Shown here: in pieces, positions 45,408 through 53,955 of the stretch | Layout: the number at the start of each line of letters is the position of its first letter | How positions within the stretch are numbered: the first letter of the stretch is position 1 | NCBI GenBank assembly: GCA_016928395.1 | Contig: JAFGKV010000147.1 | Span: 82,977-146,976, forward strand | DNA: 64,000 nt | Reading direction: 5' to 3' | DNA from: Candidatus Fermentibacterota bacterium | Lineage (GTDB): Bacteria; JAFGKV01 | Made by a program: the position numbers and the translations under genes | Notes under the pieces: model-generated | Seen by the model: the letters and a program-made list of their open reading frames with translations, nothing else | Databases searched by the model: none | What the model was told of the DNA's origin: nothing

Positions 45408-46988
45408 ATGTATCGAATTCCAGACGCCGCTTTGGTGAACAGGCGATGGCTGCTGTCACGCACTATGCCCAGGATGATTGCGCGTGGGCTTGTCGCCGGT
45501 GTCGCACTGTCTGCTGTGCTCGTGTCGTGTGGGGGCAGCACCGGCTCTGCCGAGCCGAAGGGGGTTTTGCCCGTCGAGCTTGACACGGCTCATTCATTCC
45601 TGATCCTGGCCACGGAGGCCGCGGCAGCCGCGTATGGTGACGCCATCCAGACCTGCCGTAGGATGCACTCGACGGCACGGATCGAATACTTCAGGCCCGA
45701 AGATCTTGCATCGGTCGAATCGCTGCTCAGAGAGCATGAGCCGTACTATGTGCAGCTCTTCATGATGCCCCACGAACTTGACGTGAACTTCAACTGGCGG
45801 TGGCTGGCCATGACGGCTGGTCTCGACACGGATCCTTTTGTGGATACGAGGGCCGGGATCATCACCGGCGCAACTCCCGACGATGCAGCCCGTTTCGTCG
45901 AGCGCATCCTTCGGGCCACCTCCGGTGAACTGCTCCTGCCGGCGACCATGGTCGACAACCTGGGGCCCAATCCCCAGGTCGCGCCGGGCTCCATCACTAC
46001 GTTTCCCACATCCTACTTCCTCCCGGCCCTCGGTGCTTCCATGGGCCTGAAGGGTATCTCGCACGGGGCCGGTTACCAGGACCAGTGGCTTGACGCCATG
46101 AGTGGCGCCGGCATCATCCATTTGGGAGGGCATGGCCATCCGGACGGAATCGATGACGGCATGACGGCATCCCAGGCTCGACGAGCGACGCTGGATCCCT
46201 GTGTCGTCTTCAGCGGCGTGTGTTACACAGGGGTGTGTGGGGTATGGTTTGACATGTACGGCTCAGAAAACAGGGTGGTCTTACACATGACTGATCCTTC
46301 CGAGTCGTTTTGTCTTCAACTACTGGGGAATAACGTCATCGGCTATCTCGCGGCCCTGCATCCCGACCATGGGATACCCGTGTATCAGGAAATGGAGTTC
46401 ATGGCCCACCTTGGATCATCGCTGGGTGAGGTCATGAAGCATTCCTATGATGGAGTGGTGTTGGGACGCGGCGGGGAGTTGCCCGAGTTCGAGTTCCTCA
46501 CAGACGGCATGCCCTCTCCCCGATGGACCCCGGCGGAGATCATGTTGCACGGAACCGCATCCCGGGTTCTATTCGGAGATCCGTCGCTGAGGATTACCAA
46601 AGCACTGGACGTACCGGCTCCTCTGAGGGTCACGACGGAGCGCAGAGGGTCTGCGCTGATTGTCGGCGGCATCATGAACAACCCAGAGTACAAGGCCACG
46701 TTTACCGATCCGTTCCATGACTACCTGGCGTTCCAGAGGAACATGTTTAATGACCGCATGCTGCTCTCAGTGCCATTGGCCGCTGAAGACCCTTCTTCTT
46801 CGTCGGTTCGGGTACTGGGCGCGGCTAATGGGCCACGCAGAATCGAGCACAGGCTGCAGGGATGGGGCATTGAACATGACGCCGGAGGGAGAGTGCTTCA
46901 TGTCCAGGTGGATCTGGCGTCGACTGGCTACATGCAATCGGAATGGCGTACCCGGGGAGCAGCCGTCGGCATCGAGGCCTTGCCGTAA
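45408..46988 (+). CDS. Hypothetical lipoprotein, possibly clan-CD (gingipain/C25-like) cysteine peptidase fold
   Basis: RBS AAGGGAG 9 nt upstream; lipobox LVSC|GGS. IIHLGGHGHPDG and VVFSGVCYTG resemble a His-Gly / Ala-Cys caspase-like dyad. The peptidase call is weak. Confidence 0.5.
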   Translation: MYRIPDAALVNRRWLLSRTMPRMIARGLVAGVALSAVLVSCGGSTGSAEPKGVLPVELDTAHSFLILATEAAAAAYGDAIQTCRRMHSTARIEYFRPEDLASVESLLREHEPYYVQLFMMPHELDVNFNWRWLAMTAGLDTDPFVDTRAGIITGATPDDAARFVERILRATSGELLLPATMVDNLGPNPQVAPGSITTFPTSYFLPALGASMGLKGISHGAGYQDQWLDAMSGAGIIHLGGHGHPDGIDDGMTASQARRATLDPCVVFSGVCYTGVCGVWFDMYGSENRVVLHMTDPSESFCLQLLGNNVIGYLAALHPDHGIPVYQEMEFMAHLGSSLGEVMKHSYDGVVLGRGGELPEFEFLTDGMPSPRWTPAEIMLHGTASRVLFGDPSLRITKALDVPAPLRVTTERRGSALIVGGIMNNPEYKATFTDPFHDYLAFQRNMFNDRMLLSVPLAAEDPSSSSVRVLGAANGPRRIEHRLQGWGIEHDAGGRVLHVQVDLASTGYMQSEWRTRGAAVGIEALP

Positions 46989-47284
46989 TAGCCTGAAAGC
47001 CTCCTGAAGCAAGGCCAACTCGGCCTCCAACGTGCGGGCCGGCCTGCTCACACCGTCTGTGTGGACCTCGATGCCATGGATAGCCGGGAGTAGCTGATTG
47101 GCTCGCCTCGAGAATGCAGTGGTCGGTGACGCAGTTCATCCGAGCATCCAGAGACTGCGTATCCTGACTTTTCGCCCCTATCCTTCGCGTAGGAATCCTG
47201 CATCGCTGTCATTAGGTTGCCACCGGCACCACGGGACTCGCCATTTTGGCCGTACCGTGGAGAGTCTCACCACCGGAGGTAGGC

Positions 47285-47707
47285 ATGCTGGATCATCTGC
47301 ACACCCATGTGGTCAGCGAGCTGCAACAGAGCTCGCGGACGGACACCGTATTCGTGGTTACCGCCGTGCTGTTCAATCTGGTCGTGCTGGGGATCAACTG
47401 GGGTGTGGCCGCGGCATCGCACGGAGCCGGTCAGAGCGCCACAAAGGACCTGATCCTTGCGGTGCTTGTGGTGGCGACGATCCTCATCAACTTCTTCTGT
47501 TTCAAGGCACTTCGTGCGGGCCGGCACATGAGGGCGAAGCTGACCGGAGGGCTAGTCGCGTTGTACCGCGACAAGGAAATCGACCGGTACTATGATCCTC
47601 AGTTGCTGGACGAATATGGCACGCGCAACAAGCTGTTCGTCGCAGTACTGGTAGTCCTCGCGGTCATCGCCACTGTCGTTCCGTTGCTGGAGCGCATCGG
47701 CGGATAG
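47285..47707 (+). CDS. Hypothetical small integral membrane protein
   Basis: RBS GGAGG 5 nt upstream of ATG. Three predicted TM helices. No motif. Confidence 0.45.
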   Translation: MLDHLHTHVVSELQQSSRTDTVFVVTAVLFNLVVLGINWGVAAASHGAGQSATKDLILAVLVVATILINFFCFKALRAGRHMRAKLTGGLVALYRDKEIDRYYDPQLLDEYGTRNKLFVAVLVVLAVIATVVPLLERIGG

Positions 47708-47972
47708 GCGGCAGGTGGACGGGGCTTCGCGCTCGGATTCACACGCATGATTGCATCTGATCGCCGTTGCATCCCGGGCAGCCGCGCCACTCGATCGGTG
47801 AGATGCCACAGTTGACATCTACGCTCATCGCTTTTCCGCTGCCCCGTCGCCTCGTCGCTCCTGGTGCGTGACCGTACTCATAACCCCGGGTATTCAGGCT
47901 GCAACCCCGCCCGCCTTCCATGGGCGGGAGAATCGCGGACCGCACGCACCGCACGCCGTTACAGAGAGATCC

Positions 47973-49709
47973 TTACGACCTCTCCCGCCATGCGGTGGCT
48001 CCTCGGCAGCGATTTCCACGAAGCTGCGAGCCGCCGCTCGACTCGCCGAGTTCGAAGTCAAAGCACAGCGATGTGACCACAAGGGTCGCAGAGTAGGGAG
48101 GCGCGAGCAGCGTTACGCAGTTGCCGATGAACTCCAGGTCAGCCAGAGGCTGCAGGGGCGTGTATCCCGCCCATTGATACACGTGGGCGACACCCAAAGG
48201 CGGCGCATTGCGAACCTCCAGGGTGACGGGCGTGACTCCGGAAGGATATTTGTTGAGGACGATCACCTTGAGCTGCCATGTGTCGGTGTCGATGCTGGCG
48301 AACGCCGCCACCGAGTCGGGATTGGCAACGCTGCATGCGAGTGAGACATTACCGAACCCGCTGCCGGCATCGTCGTAGTCTGTATACAGCTTGAAGGCAT
48401 TGTAGCCAGGCGACCCTGGCTGTACATCCGTCCATAAGGTGCCGATATCGAGCCCCTCCCTGCCGAAGATGCCAAGGATGTCGGCCTGAGCGATGCCGCC
48501 GTCGGGATACCCCAGTGCGCCCCAGTTGTACTCGGTGATGCCTATCTTGGTGCCCGGGTAGAGGCTGTCCACCCATGCGCGCATCCGGGGGATCAGCATG
48601 ATGATGTCGGCGATCCAGGTTTCGTCCACATACTCGGGATCCCAGAGGCATCGCGTGGACCGCATCCTGCGGGCCTGCATGGCAGCCGATTCATTGTTTG
48701 AGTACTCGCCGCCCTGGGGGTAGAGATGGGCCGTGAACACATCCAGCAGGCGCCTGCCTGCCGTCACCTCCGCCTGGCTGAGCTCCTGCAGGTAGTACTC
48801 GGCGAAGAATTCGTACCCGCCGGATGAGCGATCGGGCGTCCAACTCCAGTTTCCGGTGTTGCACGCATACTGGAAGTCAAAGGGCGAGTAGATAAGGGAG
48901 AGCCACCCCCAGCCTTCATACCCCAAAGTCATGGCTGTGGAATCGGCCGACTTGATGGTTGACGCATAGCTCACGGAGGTTGCCGCCAACTCGGCATCGT
49001 GGGGCGCGATGAGTCGCACGTCGCGATGAGTCTCGTGCCACAAGCCGGGCTCATTGTCCAAGGCCAAGTATTGCACGCCGCCGGATGAGGCCTGGCCATA
49101 ACGACTGACGAGGTGGGCCACCCAGTCTCCCATGAAGGCTTCGCCGACGGCCACGTGGGAATCCAGCGGATCATTGTCGGTGATTGGGCTTCCGTCGAGC
49201 CTGATTCCGTTGCCGGCATCAGGGAACCACTGCCAGTCATTATCCTGCTGAGGCCCGTACTTGATGATAGAGTAGCTGCAGAGGCGGTTCCGGTCTTTGG
49301 CGACATAGCCGATCATGGGAACCGTGAGGATGGTGGCGCAGCCGTGGGAGGCATTGGCCTCGTAGAACCGGTCGGTGGAGCTGCCGTGAGGGAGTTGCCC
49401 TGGATTGGCGTTGTCATTGGGCAGGCTTTCGAAGTACCAGTCAGACGCCCGATTGGTGGCGTCAGCCTGCCAGTTGTACCGAGTTTGGGAATTGCCTCCG
49501 CTGCGGTTTACGGGCAGGCGCAGATCCTCCACGAGATCCTCTGGGGCGAACGCCATCCCATAGATCAGGGGGCTGATGGACCCAGTTGTCGCCGCAGGAT
49601 CGATGATCACGGTCACGGGCGGATTGTCGCCCCAAAGCGGCGAGCAAAGGGTGAGGAACACGGCGGGGGTGAGGCCTGCCCAAAGGGGCAATGAGCCTTT
49701 CGGGTTCAT
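47973..49709 (-). CDS. Secreted glycoside hydrolase family 44-like (endoglucanase/xyloglucanase) with C-terminal beta-sandwich domain
   Basis: RBS AGGAGG; signal peptide MNPKGSLPLWAGLTPAVFLTLCSPLWG. ISPLIYGMAF...LPVNRSGGNSQTRYNWQADATNRASDWYFE matches the GH44 R-x-GGN-x-x-T-x-YNW...DW signature. Confidence 0.7.
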   Translation of the reverse strand: MNPKGSLPLWAGLTPAVFLTLCSPLWGDNPPVTVIIDPAATTGSISPLIYGMAFAPEDLVEDLRLPVNRSGGNSQTRYNWQADATNRASDWYFESLPNDNANPGQLPHGSSTDRFYEANASHGCATILTVPMIGYVAKDRNRLCSYSIIKYGPQQDNDWQWFPDAGNGIRLDGSPITDNDPLDSHVAVGEAFMGDWVAHLVSRYGQASSGGVQYLALDNEPGLWHETHRDVRLIAPHDAELAATSVSYASTIKSADSTAMTLGYEGWGWLSLIYSPFDFQYACNTGNWSWTPDRSSGGYEFFAEYYLQELSQAEVTAGRRLLDVFTAHLYPQGGEYSNNESAAMQARRMRSTRCLWDPEYVDETWIADIIMLIPRMRAWVDSLYPGTKIGITEYNWGALGYPDGGIAQADILGIFGREGLDIGTLWTDVQPGSPGYNAFKLYTDYDDAGSGFGNVSLACSVANPDSVAAFASIDTDTWQLKVIVLNKYPSGVTPVTLEVRNAPPLGVAHVYQWAGYTPLQPLADLEFIGNCVTLLAPPYSATLVVTSLCFDFELGESSGGSQLRGNRCRGATAWRERS

Positions 49710-49774
49710 GGCACGCGCCTCCTGTGGTGAAGTGACTGAGGTCTCAGGTCTTCCCGAGGCCGCGGCACTGGCAT

Positions 49775-51280
49775 TCAGGGCCTCGCGAGCTGCCGGCGCC
49801 ACGGCAGGCCCCGGGCTCGGGCAGAAAGACGGGCGATACGTTGCTGCACGTCATTGGCGGTGACGCGGAACTGAGCTTTGGACGTGGCGCCGACGGACTT
49901 TAGCTCCTGAATCGCCCGCAGCGCTTCCTCGGCCGCGACCCGGGCCTCGTCGAAGGCCCGCGCGTTATGCTCGAGCTCTTTGGCCAGCTCGACGAGAGAG
50001 AAGGGTCTCAGTAGACGTCCTTCTTTCGCCAAAGAGGAGAATACGCGGCACGCTTCGTCCCGCTCACCCAGGCGCCGGTAGAGAAGCCCCAATCGCCCCA
50101 ACGCCTCTTCCCGAGCCGCCTGGGTCTTGAACTCGCCATCCGCGGCTGCTCGATAGAGCTTTAGGGCGTCGCGGGCGGCCTCAGCCTCAACGATCCGGGC
50201 CAGGCTGAGCAGATCCTCCGCCGCGCTCACTGTGGGCACTGTCCCCGCCAGCAGCCGGGCCGCTTCCACCGTGAGGCCCGCCAGTGAGAGGATGTCGTGG
50301 GCATTGTGCTCAAACACAGGCGCAAGCCCCCTGGCATCTCCCGAGCCAAGGGCTGAGAAGTAGATCCCGGGTATCATCGCTCCCGGCACATCACCCTCCC
50401 GCTCCACGCCCAGGATCTCCCGCTCAAGGCTACTCAGGCTGCACCCCGCGCCGCGAGCCCGCCAGAGCCTGCGGGCCGGATATAGCATATCGAGATGCAG
50501 GTCGGGAATGGGGGGATCGAAGACTCGATTGGTGGCGAAACGAGCGGCCAGGAGAGGGAGGTCAAAGGCCCGGCCATTGTAGGTGACCAGACCCTGGAAG
50601 TTGCGTAGGCGTCTGTCCAATGCCCACAGAAGGGCGGGTTCCTCGTCGAAGTCGCGGGCGAAGAACTGCTCCACCACGAAGAGGCAGCCATCGACGAAAC
50701 CGACACCGACCAAGAAGGCGAAGGTCCCGGCCGTGGTAGCTAGTCCGGTGGTTTCGGTGTCGAGGAAGAGCAGGCGTGCCGGGGCCATGCCCGCAAGAGC
50801 CGTGTGTCCGGCAAGGCGGGTCATGGCGTGAGGAAGGGGCGTTTCAAGGAGCGAGAGCGAGGAACCAAACCGGCCGCGGGGCCAGGAGAGAGGGACTTCG
50901 GCCCGTGTCGTGAACAGAGGGCCGTGGGGAGTGTCGAGGAAAGAGCCGGCTACCACATCCGCGATGGGGACCCGGCGCTGACGACGCGCAGGGTGTACAC
51001 TTCCGGCCTCGACCCGGGCGATGAGCCTGCGGAGAATCTCGACTGTCTCACTGGCGTCGCTCACTCCGGTGCCGGCCCTCGACGGGGCAGCGCCCGCACC
51101 GGAGAGCTGCTGCAACCGGTCGGACACCGAACGGGAGGAGGGTCTCACGGGTTCTGGACTACGGTTCCTGGATCCGGGCAGTGCTGTCGGCACGAGTGGC
51201 GCGACCCCCGCGTACGCTACAGACCTGGACGCGCGACGTGGGGCTACGCATCGCTGCGCCAGCCCGCGGGCGGACGTCAC
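49775..51280 (-). CDS. MrfB/YprB-like DnaQ-fold 3'-5' exonuclease with C-terminal TPR-like region
   Basis: Exo I motif RLLFLDTETTGL; RNase H-like core; TPR-like helical C-terminus. 4-nt overlap with the upstream helicase gene. Confidence 0.7.
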   Translation of the reverse strand: MTSARGLAQRCVAPRRASRSVAYAGVAPLVPTALPGSRNRSPEPVRPSSRSVSDRLQQLSGAGAAPSRAGTGVSDASETVEILRRLIARVEAGSVHPARRQRRVPIADVVAGSFLDTPHGPLFTTRAEVPLSWPRGRFGSSLSLLETPLPHAMTRLAGHTALAGMAPARLLFLDTETTGLATTAGTFAFLVGVGFVDGCLFVVEQFFARDFDEEPALLWALDRRLRNFQGLVTYNGRAFDLPLLAARFATNRVFDPPIPDLHLDMLYPARRLWRARGAGCSLSSLEREILGVEREGDVPGAMIPGIYFSALGSGDARGLAPVFEHNAHDILSLAGLTVEAARLLAGTVPTVSAAEDLLSLARIVEAEAARDALKLYRAAADGEFKTQAAREEALGRLGLLYRRLGERDEACRVFSSLAKEGRLLRPFSLVELAKELEHNARAFDEARVAAEEALRAIQELKSVGATSKAQFRVTANDVQQRIARLSARARGLPWRRQLARP

Positions 51281-53634
51281 GACGTGGGGGCGGCTGACTC
51301 ATGGATGAGCAGGTCCAGGAGAGACCGGGCGATGCGTTTTGACTCACGACCAACGAAGTTCACCGGGCCGACGCAGGAGGGGCAGCCATTGACGCAGGGA
51401 CAGGCTCGGATGAGGGAGAGGGTTCGCATCATCAGTTCCTCGTGGGCTTTGAAGAGCCCCTCGGAAAAGCCGACCCCGCCGGGCAGATTGTCGTAGAGGA
51501 AGAGAACCGGCTCGAAATCCTCGGGCATGGCGCCCTCGTCTGTGGGTATCCGTCGCACGCCCGCCATGGTTTGCTCCACGCTGAAACTGCCCTGGCGGTC
51601 GCCCAGAGTCGCGCCCAAGTCACGGGGGTCGCACATGAGGTGCACCGCTGCCACATTGTGCAGGGCATAGATGATGCCCAGGAGCCCGTCCACCAGCATG
51701 TCGCGAGGGTAGGGGAGCGATGCGATGAGGGAGGACGGTATGGTGAACCAGTAACTCATAGTGTGCATCTGGTTTTCGGGGAGATTCACCTCGCCGGAAC
51801 CGATGTTCTCCAGGGTATGGAATTTGATCTTCTTGAACCCCACTACCTGCGTGAAGACCAAGACCTCGCCGTGCTCCACCGAAACAGGGCCCGAAGGGCG
51901 TTCGTCGAAGGACTCGATAACCCGTACCTTTGTGTAGGTAATGGCATCGGTGAAGTAGTCTATGGCAACCTTGGAGACATACGCTCGGCGTTCCTCAAAG
52001 TCCAACTCGTCGACGTAGTACTGGGTGCCCTCGTGGATATAGATGGCCTTCTCGTGGATTATGGTCGGGGCACTGGTGAAATCGACCTCGCCGATGACGC
52101 GACTGGTGGAGGCCGTGCGGTCGACCACGATGAAGTTGTCGGAAGAGACTGAACGGAGGCTGATATGGTCGGCAGGGTAGTTGTCGGCCGTCCAGTGCCA
52201 CTTGCCTCCGGCATGCCGCAGCACACCCTCCTGCTCCAGGTACTCCAGCATCTCACTGGTATCCGTGTCGCCCAAGCGTTCTCTGTCCTCAAAGGGCAGC
52301 TCGAAGGCCGCGCACTTCACATGAGAGAGCAGGATCAGGAGATTCTCCGGATCGATAAGGCCATGCTCGGGGCTACTGCCGAAGAAGTAGTCGGGGTTGC
52401 GGACCACATACTGATCCAGCGGTGCCGAGGAGGCGACCAGAATCGCCGCAGACAGGCCGGATCTCCGACCCGCTCTGCCCGCTTGCTGCCAGGTTGAGTT
52501 GATGGTACCGGGATAGCCGGCCAGCACCGCCACATCCAAGCGCCCGATGTCAACACCTAGCTCCAGGGCATTGGTGGAGACGACCCCCCGAACCGTCCCC
52601 TCCCTCAGGCCCCGCTCGATCTCACGGCGCTGTTTGGGCAGATAGCCGCCCCGATAGCCCCGGACCAGCCCCGTCTCGGCCGGTGTCTTCTCCACGCGCC
52701 GGCGGATCTCGGTCAGAAGCACTTCGGTAGTCATGCGTGCCCGGGCGAATACGATGGTCATGATGCTGCTGTTGAGGAACAGGCTGGCGAAATGCACCGC
52801 CTCGGGGATGTAGGAGCGCCGAATGCCCAGCTCTTCCTGGATGACCGGAGGATTGTAAAATGCCAGCACCTTGTCGCCCCGGGGCGCTCCGCTGTGGTCG
52901 ATTAGATCGACCGGGGAGCCTATGACACGAGCTGCCAGCTCCCGGGGGTTCGCGATGGTGGCCGAGGAGAGGATGAACCGGGGGGAGGAACCGTAGAAGG
53001 AGGCGATGCGGCGCAATCGACGGATGACATTCGCCACGTGGCTGCCGAATACGCCGCGATAGGCGTGAAGCTCATCGATGACGATGTAGTTCAGGTTGCG
53101 GAAGAGGCCCATCCACTTGGTGTGGTGGGGCAAGATGCCGGCGTGGAGCATGTCGGGATTGGTCACCACGATGTGAGCCTTATTGCGCACCGCACGTCGC
53201 ACATCCCCCGGGGTGTCGCCGTCATAGGCATACGCGTTCACGGAAGACCTAAGCAGCGGGATTATCTCCTGGAGTTCGGCCACCTGGTCTTGGCCCAATG
53301 CTTTGGTGGGGAAGAGATAAATGGCGCGGCTGGAAGGATCCTTCAGTATGGCATCGAGCACCGGGAGATTGTAGCAGAGCGTCTTACCCGAAGCGGTGGG
53401 AGTCGTCACCACCACATCACGTCCAGAGGTGACGCGGTCGTACACCTCGGCCTGATGGGAATAGAGCTGGGTGATGCCGCGGTCTTCATAGGCCGCGCGC
53501 AATGCCGGCGACAGCGCCTGAGGCCACGGGGCGTACTCCGGCTCTTGAGCTGGAAGGCGTTTCCAGGCAGTGATATTGGCGCCCAGTGGGCCGTTCTTTA
53601 TGCTGGTGAGAAGGCTCTGTAGATCGGTACGCAT
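51277..53634 (-). CDS. MrfA/YprA-like DEXH-box helicase with C-terminal DUF1998 (4-Cys) domain
   Basis: Walker A TPTASGKT, DELH box (YIVIDELHAYRG), helicase C motifs (QQAGRAGRR), C-terminal CPCVNGCPSCVGP zinc cluster. Confidence 0.85.
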   Translation of the reverse strand: MRTDLQSLLTSIKNGPLGANITAWKRLPAQEPEYAPWPQALSPALRAAYEDRGITQLYSHQAEVYDRVTSGRDVVVTTPTASGKTLCYNLPVLDAILKDPSSRAIYLFPTKALGQDQVAELQEIIPLLRSSVNAYAYDGDTPGDVRRAVRNKAHIVVTNPDMLHAGILPHHTKWMGLFRNLNYIVIDELHAYRGVFGSHVANVIRRLRRIASFYGSSPRFILSSATIANPRELAARVIGSPVDLIDHSGAPRGDKVLAFYNPPVIQEELGIRRSYIPEAVHFASLFLNSSIMTIVFARARMTTEVLLTEIRRRVEKTPAETGLVRGYRGGYLPKQRREIERGLREGTVRGVVSTNALELGVDIGRLDVAVLAGYPGTINSTWQQAGRAGRRSGLSAAILVASSAPLDQYVVRNPDYFFGSSPEHGLIDPENLLILLSHVKCAAFELPFEDRERLGDTDTSEMLEYLEQEGVLRHAGGKWHWTADNYPADHISLRSVSSDNFIVVDRTASTSRVIGEVDFTSAPTIIHEKAIYIHEGTQYYVDELDFEERRAYVSKVAIDYFTDAITYTKVRVIESFDERPSGPVSVEHGEVLVFTQVVGFKKIKFHTLENIGSGEVNLPENQMHTMSYWFTIPSSLIASLPYPRDMLVDGLLGIIYALHNVAAVHLMCDPRDLGATLGDRQGSFSVEQTMAGVRRIPTDEGAMPEDFEPVLFLYDNLPGGVGFSEGLFKAHEELMMRTLSLIRACPCVNGCPSCVGPVNFVGRESKRIARSLLDLLIHESAAPTS

Positions 53635-53955
53635 GTACAGAACCTATGGATCAACCCACGGGCGGTCAATGCGGGGAAGAAGTGAACACGTGAAGAGGTG
53701 AAGAGGCTGGTGACGAAGAAGCGAAGAACGGCGAAGCCCGTCTGAGTTGCCACAGGGTCGCGCGATGCCGGTAGCCTGCGGATTGTCACGTCTGGGGGAG
53801 CCAATGCCTCGAAGACACAGGGCATCATGAGATCCTCGCAGGGGGACGCGGGAGCTTCTTGGGCTGTATGATCTCTGGGTTGCACTCCCGGTACTGCCAG
53901 AGTCATCGAGCACGAAACAGAAATGCATCCTCAAGGCCGTGACGCGGCCGAGGCG

